Source: an uncultured Candidatus Sumerlaeota bacterium (GTDB lineage Bacteria; Sumerlaeota; Sumerlaeia; SLMS01). From it: 40,535 bases of DNA. This document shows positions 17,938 to 26,868 of this stretch, in pieces; within the stretch, counting starts at the first letter, position 1; the number at the start of each line of letters is the position of its first letter. Where the stretch lies: contig CAYQTO010000005.1 in assembly GCA_964420455.1 (NCBI GenBank), positions 5,528-46,062 on the forward strand. Direction: 5' to 3'. The notes below the pieces were generated by a model. It did no database searches, had not been told where the DNA came from, and was given only the letters and a program-made list of their open reading frames with translations. Made by a program: the position numbers and the translations under genes.

Positions 17938-18717
17938 CTAGGTGCAGAGCGCCCCACGGACAACGGTCACCGCGCCACCAGTTAGGAAGACGCGGTCGCC
18001 CGCGAGGCGCACCCGCAGGGTTCCTCCGCGGCGCGAGGCCTGGTGCGCGACGAAGTCGACCTTGTCCAGCGCCTTTGCCCAGTACGGGGCGAGCACGCAA
18101 TGGGCGGAACCGGTGACGGGATCTTCGGGGATGCCGCATCCCGGCGCGAAGAACCGCGAGACGAAGTCGATCTCCCCGCCAGCGGAGGCCGCGGTGACGA
18201 TCAGCCCGCCGGGAATCAGGGAGGCGATTGGGGCCATGCGTGGGGTCAGGTCGCGGACGGTCTTGTCGCTGGCGACTTCCACCAGGGCCATCTCGCGCGA
18301 CAGGCCGTAGTACATCGGCCGGGTGCCGAGGATCGACTCGAGTTCCCCGGGGATGACGGCGGTGCGGGGCGGGTCCGAGGGAAGGTCAATAGTGACGCCG
18401 TCGTCCTGGCGGCGGGCGACGAGGGGGCCGCTCTTTGTGTGGAAGGTAACGTCGCCTGCGCGGCCCCGCTCGAACAGGACATGGGCCGAGGCCAGCGTGG
18501 CGTGGCCACACAGGTTGACCTCGGTGGTGGGGGTGAACCAGCGCAGGTCGAAGGAGTCGTCGCTGCGGGGGGAGACGAAGGCGGTCTCGGAAAGATTCAT
18601 CTCGGCGGCGACCTGTTGCATCCATTCGGGCTCGGCGGGATGCTCGAGGAGACAAACGGCGGCGGGATTCCCGGTAAAGGGTTCCGTGGCGAAGGCGTCG
18701 ACAATCGTCAGGTTCAC
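17938..18717 (-). CDS. PhzF family isomerase/epimerase
   Basis: VDAF...GNPAAV, EMNLSETAF, LRWFTPTTEVNLCGHATL, EDPVTGSAHC. Confidence 0.95.
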   Translation of the reverse strand: MNLTIVDAFATEPFTGNPAAVCLLEHPAEPEWMQQVAAEMNLSETAFVSPRSDDSFDLRWFTPTTEVNLCGHATLASAHVLFERGRAGDVTFHTKSGPLVARRQDDGVTIDLPSDPPRTAVIPGELESILGTRPMYYGLSREMALVEVASDKTVRDLTPRMAPIASLIPGGLIVTAASAGGEIDFVSRFFAPGCGIPEDPVTGSAHCVLAPYWAKALDKVDFVAHQASRRGGTLRVRLAGDRVFLTGGAVTVVRGALCT

Positions 18718-18789
18718 GGGGGTCGCCTTTCGGTTGATGTGGTGCGATCGGGCGTGAAGCGGTGGCCGCGAATCAAACGGAGACTTGTC

Positions 18790-20526
18790 ATGAGGGCATT
18801 GGCGGCGGCTGGGGTTGGGATGGTGCTGGCGTGGTGGGTTGCCACGGCATCGGGCGCTCCGGCCTTCGATGGCCTACTGGAGGCGCGCGCTGCGCCGGGG
18901 GCGGTGGCCCTTCGGTGGGAGCGCGCGGGGGGAGACGACCGTCGTGGTGCGGTCACCTACCGCGTCTATACAAACGACGGGCGCGGGTGGACCTTCGACC
19001 GCCCCGCCGCGGAGGTGCGCGGCACGGACCACGTCCTCACGGGGCTCGCTCCCGGGCGTCCCGTCGCCTTTCTCGTCCGTGCCCGCGACCGCTCGGGCGA
19101 GGACAACAACCGCCGCGTCCTCCGCGCCACGCCCACCCGCACCCTTCCCGTCGAGGAGTTCCGCGCCGTCTGGATCAACCGCTTCGAGTGGACCGGCTCC
19201 AGCGGCGAGCGCGTCGCCTCCGGGATCTCCTCCATGATGCGCACGCTCGGCCAGGGGCACTTCAACGCCGTGCTCTTCCAGGTGCGCGGCCAGGGCGACA
19301 CGTTGTATCCCTCGCCCGAGGAACCGTGGTCCCCCCTCATGAAGGGCGACACGCGCGGTTATGACGCCGTGGCTCATGCGGTTCGCGAGGCCCATCGCAA
19401 CGGCCTCCAGTTCCACGCCTGGATGAACCTCTCGGTGATCTGGCAGTCTGGGGCCAAGAGCCCCCCCGCCGAACCGCGCCATCCGTTTCACCGCTTCGCC
19501 AACGCGACACGTCCGGAGACACGCAGGGGACTGATTCACGACGCCAACGGCCGCCCGGTCCAGTGGGGTGCCGACGGCTACGTGTGGCTGACCCACGGCA
19601 ACCCGGAGGTGAACGCCTACCTCCGCCGTCAGGTCCGCCACTTTCTCGAGCGCTACGAGGTCGATGGCCTTCACCTCGACGACCGGACCGGCAACCCCAA
19701 CGGTGTTTCCCGCGACCCGTTGTCGGTGGCGCGATTCCGCGGCCCCGGAAACCCGGACCGGATCGCCGACTTTGGTGCCTGGCAACGGGACCAGCTGACC
19801 CGCTTCCTCCGGCGCCTCTACGTCGAATGCAAAATCGACGATCCGGCATTGCTCGTCTCCGCCGCGCCCTTCGGCATCGCGGAGAAGGACCGGATTCCCG
19901 GCTACGGAGGATTCAGCGATGGGGCGAAGTTCGGCGTCGAGCCGGAGGCCTGGCTGCGTGCGGGGGTCCTCGACGTCCTTGTTCCGCAAATCTACTGGGA
20001 CCTGCCCGATCCCGAGCCAAACTACGCCCGGCTCGTCCGTGACTGGATGCGCCACAACCAAAGCGGCCGCCCCATCTGGCCCGGGTCCGCCCTCGGAAGG
20101 TTCGGCGGCGAGCAGCCGCTCGTTCCCGTCCAGCTCCGCCACGTCGCCCTCGCCCGCGCCTACGGAGCCGGCGGAAACGCGTTCTACAACTACTCGGGTG
20201 CCAAGCCGACGGAATGGATTTCCGCCGGTCGGCTCCTGTATCCGGCCCGTGCCCGTGTTCCCGTCCCTGCCCACATGCAACAGGGGCGCATCGGGCATAT
20301 CGGCGGGACGATCGTGGACGGGACCGGCCGTCCGGTGGTCGATGCCTGGATCCGGATCCAGGGGGATCCGGTAACGTACCTGAGTTGTGGGGACGGTTTC
20401 TTTGCGGTGCCGGGCAAGGCGCCCGGTGTCTATACGCTCGAGGTGCGATCCGGCTCCTCCGGGACCGTTGTCCGGGTGCCGGTACGTCCCGGATCCGTCG
20501 TACGCCCCCGCATCGTTCTCGATTGA
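18790..20526 (+). CDS. Secreted glycoside hydrolase, GHL10 (DUF187/YngK-like), with N-terminal FN3 and C-terminal beta-sandwich domains
   Basis: Signal peptide from ATG 18790; FN3 pattern (LRW...YRVY...LTGLAPGRPVAFLVRA); EFRAVW, NAVLFQVR..GD..YPS..EPWS, EAHRNGLQFHAW, VDGLHLDD, PQIYW; tail IGGTIVDGTGRPVVDA...PGVYTLEV. Confidence 0.88.
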   Translation: MRALAAAGVGMVLAWWVATASGAPAFDGLLEARAAPGAVALRWERAGGDDRRGAVTYRVYTNDGRGWTFDRPAAEVRGTDHVLTGLAPGRPVAFLVRARDRSGEDNNRRVLRATPTRTLPVEEFRAVWINRFEWTGSSGERVASGISSMMRTLGQGHFNAVLFQVRGQGDTLYPSPEEPWSPLMKGDTRGYDAVAHAVREAHRNGLQFHAWMNLSVIWQSGAKSPPAEPRHPFHRFANATRPETRRGLIHDANGRPVQWGADGYVWLTHGNPEVNAYLRRQVRHFLERYEVDGLHLDDRTGNPNGVSRDPLSVARFRGPGNPDRIADFGAWQRDQLTRFLRRLYVECKIDDPALLVSAAPFGIAEKDRIPGYGGFSDGAKFGVEPEAWLRAGVLDVLVPQIYWDLPDPEPNYARLVRDWMRHNQSGRPIWPGSALGRFGGEQPLVPVQLRHVALARAYGAGGNAFYNYSGAKPTEWISAGRLLYPARARVPVPAHMQQGRIGHIGGTIVDGTGRPVVDAWIRIQGDPVTYLSCGDGFFAVPGKAPGVYTLEVRSGSSGTVVRVPVRPGSVVRPRIVLD

Positions 20527-21543
20527 TTATCCGGCCAAGGCCCGCCGCCGCGACAGAATCTCCTGCACCCGTGGAAGGATCAGCTCCCCGTGGTGCCGGC
20601 TGTTCTCGATGAACACGTGGCCGCTGATGTTGCCGAAGGTGATGACGCCGCAGACAAAGAGGCCGGGAACGTTGGACTCGAGCGTGGCCATGTCGTGCGC
20701 CGGGCGGTTGGAGCCTTCCTCGAGATCGATGCCGATCGACCGCAGGAAGCCCACTGGCGGGTCGTAACCCAGCATCGGCAACACGACGTCATTTTCGATC
20801 GTCTCGATCCGGCCGGACTCGGTCTCGATATCCACCGTGTCCCAGCCGATGCGATGCACATGGGATCCGAGAAAGGCGCGGATCTCGCTGTTCTTGATGC
20901 GATTTTCAATGTCCGGACGGAGCCAGTATTTCAGGCCGCGGCCGGTGAACTCCTTGCGGCGATAGCTGAGGGTGACTTCGGCGCCGTTGCGCCAGAGGGT
21001 GAGCGCCGTTTCCACGGCGGAGTTCCGCCCGCCCACCACCAGCACCCGCCGCCCGACGTAGTCGTGTGGCTCGGTGAAGCGATAGCAGACCTTGGGCAAG
21101 TCGGCCCCCGGCACCTCGAGCTTTCGCGGCGCCTCCCACGCACCAACGGCGGCCACCACCGTCGCGGCGCGCACCACCTCGGGCGGACGTCCCTCCCGCG
21201 TGATCGTCACGTCGAACACTTCGTCCTCTCGTCGCTGGACCGCCGTCACCGGTCTATAAGTATAGACAGGAATCCTGTGGAACTTTGCAAACTGGACAAG
21301 GTAATCGAGGTATTGCTGGCGGGTGGGCTTGTCCTCCGCATTCTGGATGGGAAAGCCGGCGAGCTCCAGGTTCTCGTTGGTGGAGAAGAAGCGCATGAAT
21401 GTGGGGTAGCGGGCGATGTGTTCCGCAATGGGGCCCTTTTCGTAGACGGCGACGTTGAGCCTCGCCGCCTGGAGGGTATGGGCCACGGCGAGCCCCGCCG
21501 GCCCGGCGCCAATGATGAGTGTATCGAGAAGGTGATCAGCCAT
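20527..21543 (-). CDS. YpdA-family FAD/NAD(P)H-dependent oxidoreductase (putative bacillithiol disulfide reductase)
   Basis: IIGAGPAGL, YPTFMRFFST, KPTR...YL, VVGGRNSAVE, KYWLRPDIENRI, VFIENSRHH; no TrxR CxxC. Confidence 0.85.
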   Translation of the reverse strand: MADHLLDTLIIGAGPAGLAVAHTLQAARLNVAVYEKGPIAEHIARYPTFMRFFSTNENLELAGFPIQNAEDKPTRQQYLDYLVQFAKFHRIPVYTYRPVTAVQRREDEVFDVTITREGRPPEVVRAATVVAAVGAWEAPRKLEVPGADLPKVCYRFTEPHDYVGRRVLVVGGRNSAVETALTLWRNGAEVTLSYRRKEFTGRGLKYWLRPDIENRIKNSEIRAFLGSHVHRIGWDTVDIETESGRIETIENDVVLPMLGYDPPVGFLRSIGIDLEEGSNRPAHDMATLESNVPGLFVCGVITFGNISGHVFIENSRHHGELILPRVQEILSRRRALAG

Positions 21544-21684
21544 ATCCTGAATGTTGCCTGGGGAAGTTGGGGAAACCGGCGGCTTCCGTTTCTGTCGTGG
21601 GGCAAAATCCTTGCCCGGGAAGCCTCGGCGGGCCAAATGGACTGGCTGACGGAAAACCATCTCCGGCGCAAAGGAAAGCACACC

Positions 21685-22881
21685 ATGGAATTTTCACGGC
21701 GGATTCAATCGGGTGTCCTCGCCTTGCTCGCGGTTACCGGTGCGCCCGCGCAAACCGTGCTGATCGAGGCCGACGTGGCCGGCGAGAATAACGAGTTTTA
21801 CGAGGAGGTCTCGGGCGCCTGGGTCGAGGACGACGCGCCCCTGCGCGGCGAAGGTCTCAAGGAAGGTCTGCGCGCCCGCGCCGTCCGCGCCGCCGCGGGC
21901 AACCTTGCCGGCACCGTCGCCTTCACCCCTGTCCTCCCCCTACCCGGTACCTACACGGTCGACATCATCTATCCGGAAACGGCCAATGCCCGTGCCGTAA
22001 CCGTGACGCTCGAAGGCGACAACTACCAGGAAAGCCGGGCCATCACCGTCGGCCAGTTCCCGAACGAGTGGCTGCGTGTGGGCGAGATTCCTGTAGGGTC
22101 CGCCGAGGATGTCACGCTGCGGTTTTTCCTCGGCTCTTCCGAGGTTCCCTTCACGCCGGCCCGCCCGTATGCCTTCGCCATCGGCGCCGCCCGATTCTCG
22201 CTCGACAGTCCGCAGGCAAACCTCGCGCTGATGCCTTCCGGAAACGACACCCCGACGCCGATGACCGCTCCGCAGCCGGGTGATGTCGCCAGCCCCTTCG
22301 ATGCACCGGCCAGCAGTGTCCCCGAAAGCCCCTTCAACGAGCCGGCTCCGGAACCGGTCCAGTCACCCTTCAGCGCCCCCGGCCGCGCCCCGGCTGCCGA
22401 TCCCTTCGACGCCCCCGGCCGCACGACCCTTCGCGACCCTGCCTCCGAAGGCGCCGTCATCTCCGAGGAGATGGTCCAGCAGCCTGTTACCATTGGGTCG
22501 CCCCCCTCCGCGGCGCCCGCCTCCATGGCCAGTGCGCTCCCCCCGGCGCGCCTCCACGACAGCCTCGATGCCGCCAAGGCTGCCGCCGTCCAGTCCCGTC
22601 GCCCGGTTCTCCTCCTCTTCAGCGGCGACAACTTCGCCTCCGAGCAATTCGAATCCATCCTCGCCACCGACCGCGTCCGCAGCGAGCTCGCCCGGTTCGA
22701 GGTCGTCCGCCTCGACTATCGCGACAACCGCCCCCTCGCTCGCCGGTACGCTGTCGACCGATATCCGTATACCGTCGTGCTCAACCCCGCCGGCTACACG
22801 GTCGGCCACGTCGCGCCGATCCTCCAACCCCTTGAACTCGCGCGGGAACTCACCACCTACACCCAATCGATCTCTTTCTGA
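21685..22881 (+). CDS. Secreted protein: CBM-like beta domain, Pro-rich linker, thioredoxin-like domain lacking CxxC
   Basis: ATG 21685 after AAGGA; signal peptide; FTPVLPLPGTYTV...NEWLRVG (golvesin/CBM-like); C-terminal DSLDAAKAAAVQSRRPVLLLFSG...RYAVDRYPYTVVLNPAG. Confidence 0.8.
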   Translation: MEFSRRIQSGVLALLAVTGAPAQTVLIEADVAGENNEFYEEVSGAWVEDDAPLRGEGLKEGLRARAVRAAAGNLAGTVAFTPVLPLPGTYTVDIIYPETANARAVTVTLEGDNYQESRAITVGQFPNEWLRVGEIPVGSAEDVTLRFFLGSSEVPFTPARPYAFAIGAARFSLDSPQANLALMPSGNDTPTPMTAPQPGDVASPFDAPASSVPESPFNEPAPEPVQSPFSAPGRAPAADPFDAPGRTTLRDPASEGAVISEEMVQQPVTIGSPPSAAPASMASALPPARLHDSLDAAKAAAVQSRRPVLLLFSGDNFASEQFESILATDRVRSELARFEVVRLDYRDNRPLARRYAVDRYPYTVVLNPAGYTVGHVAPILQPLELARELTTYTQSISF

Positions 22882-22883
22882 CC

Positions 22884-23741
22884 ATGGAGGACGACGAGGT
22901 CCAGAAGGACCCCACGCTCGAGTTGTTCCGCCGCTCGCTTGACGACCTCGACTCGTCCCGGGGGTTCTTCCGTGCGGCCCTCTATGTCTCCACCGTTCAG
23001 GAGTTTCCCAAGCCTGCCGGCTGGGAAGCAGAGACGTTCTCGCGACTCGAAGGACTCATCGAAAATGCCCGCCACGCCCTTACCCTGCCCCCGGAGGGTC
23101 CCCGCGGGGCGGCCGACCTCGATGCCTTTGTCCACTGGTTCACCGACGAGGAGAGGTTTCACGGCAATCGGGAGTCCTATCAGGATCCCCTCAACAGCTG
23201 CCTCGATGCGGTGCTGGAGCGGCGCATGGGCCTGCCCATTACGCTTTCGGTGCTGTTCGTGACGATTGCCCGCGAGGCCGGCTTCGATGCCTACGGGGTC
23301 GGCGCGCCCGGCCACTTTCTTGTCGGCATCGACCTGCCATCGGACCGCGTCTATCTCAGCCCCTTCGATGGCGCGGTCATGATGGATCGGGACAACGCCG
23401 CCGAATACATTGCCCAGATGACCGGCCTCGACATCCTGGATGTCCGGCCGACGCTCCGCCGCACCCCGGCCGACGAGATCATCGGCCGCATGCTCAACAA
23501 CCTCAAGGTTGCCTACGCCAACGAGGGCGACATCGATCGGTTGTTGCGGACCCTCGATTATCTCCTGGAACTCACGCCCGATAACCTGACCGAGCTGCGC
23601 AATCGGGGGCTGATCCTCCTGCGCAAGGGGGAGAAACGCCGCGGCGCCGAGGATCTCCTGCAATACATACGGCGCCATCCAGAGCCGGACGACCTGGAAA
23701 TCATCAGCCGCGAGGCCCGCCGCGCCCTCGACTCCGACTAG
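22884..23741 (+). CDS. Transglutaminase-like + TPR protein (SirB1/YchA family)
   Basis: FHGNRESYQDPLNSCLDAVLERRMGLPITLS, GVGAPGHFLV, RMLNNLK, ELRNRGLI. Confidence 0.9.
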   Translation: MEDDEVQKDPTLELFRRSLDDLDSSRGFFRAALYVSTVQEFPKPAGWEAETFSRLEGLIENARHALTLPPEGPRGAADLDAFVHWFTDEERFHGNRESYQDPLNSCLDAVLERRMGLPITLSVLFVTIAREAGFDAYGVGAPGHFLVGIDLPSDRVYLSPFDGAVMMDRDNAAEYIAQMTGLDILDVRPTLRRTPADEIIGRMLNNLKVAYANEGDIDRLLRTLDYLLELTPDNLTELRNRGLILLRKGEKRRGAEDLLQYIRRHPEPDDLEIISREARRALDSD

Positions 23742-23774
23742 GCCGGCCGACCCCTCCCGCCCCGGACCTGTTGG

Positions 23775-23810
23775 AAAAGGAAAAGCCCCCCGGCATGGCG
23801 CCGGGGGGCT
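23775..23810 (-). terminator. Intrinsic terminator for the minus-strand (speA) transcript
   Basis: Hairpin AGCCCCCCGGC-ATGGC-GCCGGGGGGCT flanked on the left by AAAAGGAAA, a U-rich tail on the minus strand. Confidence 0.8.
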
Positions 23811-23836
23811 GATGGTTCCTGGGATTGGCTGAGCGC

Positions 23837-23992
23837 TTACTCGAAAGTATTCCAGTCGCGCACGTCGGTGGTGCCCGACTCGATCGTGGAGACGGTCAGG
23901 AGGTCGGTCTCGAAGTCGACCGAGACGCCGGCGGCCTCGTGTTCGATCACGATGCCGAGGTCCGTCGCCGTGCCCTTGTCGCTGTCGATTAC
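23837..23992 (-). pseudogene. Start-less 3' gene remnant, VIDSDKGTATDLGIVIEHEAAGVSVDFETDLLTVSTIESGTTDVRDWNTFE*
   Basis: Hand translation: 51 codons with high GC3, TAA at 23839-23837, followed by the terminator; no ATG before the in-frame TGA at 24070-24068. Confidence 0.6.
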
Positions 23993-25986
23993 CCGGGCCC
24001 GCTCGTCTCCGACCGCCCGCTGGCCGGCATCTGCGCCTGGGCCAGCACGCTCGGGTGTTGAGGCTCTTCAAGATAAGTGTATCCGTTGAGCCCGTCGATG
24101 TAGAAACGGAGGAGCTGGGCGCTTTCCTCGAGGCTGAGGCGCCGCTCGCGGACCGCCCGCTCCACTTCCCGGCGGAACCGCGCGATCAGATCCTTCACCT
24201 CGAACTGAACATAGCTCAGCACCTCCGACACCGTGTCCCCCTCCACGAGGTGCTTGATGTCCGGCTCGCCGTCCTCGTCCAGATAGATGTGGACCGCATT
24301 GGTGTCGCCAAAAAGGTTGTGGAGGTCGCCGAGGATCTCCTGGTACGCGCCGAGGAGAAAGATGCCCAGATAGTAGGGTTCACCGCGCAGGGGGTGGAGC
24401 TCCAGGGTGCGCTTGACCTGGGTGGGATGGACGAAGTGGTCGATCTTGCCGTCAGAATCGCAGGTGATGTCGGCGAGGATACCGCGCTGGGTGGGTTCCT
24501 CGTCCAGGCGATGAATCGGCATGACGGGAAAGAGCTGCTGGATGGCCCAGCTGTCGGGCATCGACTGAAAGACGGAGAAGTTGCAGAAGTAGGTCTCCGC
24601 CATGAGTTCGTCGAGGCCCTCGAGTTCTTCGGGGTAGTGGTTGAGGGAGCGGGCGACTTTCTGGACGCGGCGGCAGACGCGCCAGAACAGGGCCTCCGCG
24701 CGGGCGCGCTCCTCGAGCGACAGGTAGCCGAGGTTGAAGAGGTTGATGGCTTCCTCGCGTGCCTGCACGGCGTCGTGGTAATGCTCGAGGAAGTTCTTGG
24801 GGGTGAACTCGGTCTCGATGTCGTGGAGGTCGTGGAGGGGCTGGGCGTCCTCGTCGGCGGGGGTGGGGATCTCACCCAGCTCGACGGATTCCGCGCTGGT
24901 GCTTCCCAGCACATTGGTGATCAGCAGACTGTGGTAGGCGATCATGGCGCGGCCCGATTCCGAGAGAATCATCGGGTGCGGGACCCCGGCATCGTCGCAC
25001 ACCGTCTTGATGCGGTAGACGACGTCGTTTGCGTATTCGTCGAGGGTGTAGTTGATGGAGGATTCGATGGTGGAGCGCGAGCCGTCGTAGTCGACGCCGA
25101 GGCCGCCCCCGACGTCGAGAAACTGCATGCCGGCGCCGGCCTTGTGGAGCTCCACGAAGAGCCGCGCCGCCTCGGTGATGGCCGCCTTGATCTGGCGGAT
25201 ATTCGAAACCTGGCTGCCCATGTGGAAGTGGAGGAGCTGGAGGCAGTCGGCCATGTCCCGCTCGCGGAGATAGTCAAGGGCGCGGATCATCTCGGGGATC
25301 GTGAGGCCGAACTTCGATCGGATGCCGGCGCTTGATTCCCACCGGCCGATGCCTCGCGAGGCCAGCTTGGCCCGGACGCCGATCCGCGGCCGCACCCCAT
25401 GCTTCTCCGCGTAGGTTACGATCATCTCCAATTCCGAGAACTTCTCGACGATGGGAATGACCATCTTGCCGATCTTCGTCGCGAGGATCACCGACTCGAT
25501 GAATTCGTCGTCCTTGAAGCCGTTGCAGACGATCGGCATGTCGCGATTCTCGACAAGGGCCATCACCGCCAGCAGCTCGGGCTTTGAACCCGCCTCGATG
25601 CCGAAGCCGAGCGGTTCCGCGTACTCTAGGTACTCGTGGACCACGTGGCTTTGTTGGTTCACCTTGATCGGGTAGATCCCGGCGTAGCGGTTCTGGTACT
25701 CCTCGACCTCGATGGCCTTGTGAAAGGCCGCGTGGATCTCGCCGAGGCGGTGCTGGAGCAGTTGGGGGACCCGCAGCAGGATCGGAGGCAGGACGCCGCG
25801 GGCCAGTAGCGAATCCATCAGCGTCTTGAGGTCCAGCGAGGGCCCCTCGCCCTTGTCCGGGTGCAGCAGCAGGTGACCCTCCCCGGAGATCGACAGATAC
25901 GACGCCCCCCACTTGTCGAGCCCGTACAGCTCGGTGGAGTCCTGAATTTTCCAGCGTTCAATGCCGCGCGCGGAGCCTCGTGCCAC
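23989..25986 (-). CDS. speA: Biosynthetic arginine decarboxylase
   Basis: PLP lysine YPIKVNQ, EAGSKPEL, HFHMGSQ, DVGGGLGVDYDGS, ESGRA, DITCDSDG, GAYQEILGDLHNLFG. GTG start at 25986 preceded by GGAGGT. Confidence 0.96.
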   Translation of the reverse strand: MARGSARGIERWKIQDSTELYGLDKWGASYLSISGEGHLLLHPDKGEGPSLDLKTLMDSLLARGVLPPILLRVPQLLQHRLGEIHAAFHKAIEVEEYQNRYAGIYPIKVNQQSHVVHEYLEYAEPLGFGIEAGSKPELLAVMALVENRDMPIVCNGFKDDEFIESVILATKIGKMVIPIVEKFSELEMIVTYAEKHGVRPRIGVRAKLASRGIGRWESSAGIRSKFGLTIPEMIRALDYLRERDMADCLQLLHFHMGSQVSNIRQIKAAITEAARLFVELHKAGAGMQFLDVGGGLGVDYDGSRSTIESSINYTLDEYANDVVYRIKTVCDDAGVPHPMILSESGRAMIAYHSLLITNVLGSTSAESVELGEIPTPADEDAQPLHDLHDIETEFTPKNFLEHYHDAVQAREEAINLFNLGYLSLEERARAEALFWRVCRRVQKVARSLNHYPEELEGLDELMAETYFCNFSVFQSMPDSWAIQQLFPVMPIHRLDEEPTQRGILADITCDSDGKIDHFVHPTQVKRTLELHPLRGEPYYLGIFLLGAYQEILGDLHNLFGDTNAVHIYLDEDGEPDIKHLVEGDTVSEVLSYVQFEVKDLIARFRREVERAVRERRLSLEESAQLLRFYIDGLNGYTYLEEPQHPSVLAQAQMPASGRSETSGPG

Positions 25987-26076
25987 CGGTCGACCTCCCT
26001 TGGCCAAAGTCAAGCCGGCGAGTTCTCGGGGCGGGGGGCGGTGCTGGCAAGGGGGAAACGTTCCTTGGGGGAATTG

Positions 26077-26868
26077 TCACCGGGGCATGGTGGCAAGGAC
26101 GACCGCATGGGTGGCCGTCCGAAGGGCGGGATGGGCGGCTCCCGGGCCCGGATCGCCGCGCCCCACGGCGTCCCGTTCCTCAAGCGGGCGAATCTCCACC
26201 GGATCCGCGAAGCCCGCCCGGCGCACCAGCTTCACCAGCTCCCCCGGCGTATACACGCGCATCTCCAGCCTCCACTCCTGAACGTCCCCATCCCATTCCC
26301 ATCGGCCCTTCGCCTCGAGCCGGTTGGTCTCGCCGTTGAAGCGCCAGGCCTCCTGGAGCCTCGCCTTGCCTTGGATGCGGACCGCCGCCGGGGTGTCCTT
26401 CACCGCCTGGCGCATGCCGGCCCGCAAGGGCACCTCCATCAGCAGCCGCGCTCCCGGCGCGAGCACCCGGGCGATCTCGCCGAGCAGGTCCCGGTTCTCC
26501 GCATCCGGAAAGTAACCGAAGGTGTTGAAGAGCATGTAGGCGCCCGCGAGGGAGCGGTCGAGAAAAGGGAGCCGGCGCATGTCGGCGCGGAGGAGCCGGT
26601 TGCGGAGCGAGTGCGGAGCCTGGTGGAGGAGCGCCGCCGTGAGGTCGATCCCCACAGCGGGAATCCGTGCCGTCCGCAGCGGGCGGAGATGCCGGCCGTA
26701 GGCGCAACCGATGTCCAGCACCGGCGCCGCGGCATCGGCAAAGATCCGTCGGAGCAGCGCCACCTCCGCCGCCTGGTCAAGGTCCGGCGCCAGAGGGCCG
26801 CGGTACAGCGCTCCGTACAGGTGGGAGAAGTAGTCCTGCCACCAAGGCGGGGACGGGTCTGCCGTCAA
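26077..26868 (-). CDS. Class I SAM-dependent methyltransferase
   Basis: VLDIGCAYGRH, GIDL, RADMRRLPF, FNTFGYF, RVLAPGARLL; TTG start overlaps the activator stop. Confidence 0.9.
   Translation of the reverse strand: MTADPSPPWWQDYFSHLYGALYRGPLAPDLDQAAEVALLRRIFADAAAPVLDIGCAYGRHLRPLRTARIPAVGIDLTAALLHQAPHSLRNRLLRADMRRLPFLDRSLAGAYMLFNTFGYFPDAENRDLLGEIARVLAPGARLLMEVPLRAGMRQAVKDTPAAVRIQGKARLQEAWRFNGETNRLEAKGRWEWDGDVQEWRLEMRVYTPGELVKLVRRAGFADPVEIRPLEERDAVGRGDPGPGAAHPALRTATHAVVLATMPR

Noticed and set aside
23985-24005. Programmed -1 frameshift joining SpeA to the orphan tail
   Set aside because: No canonical X XXY YYZ slippery heptamer, and SpeA is already complete at YTYLE.
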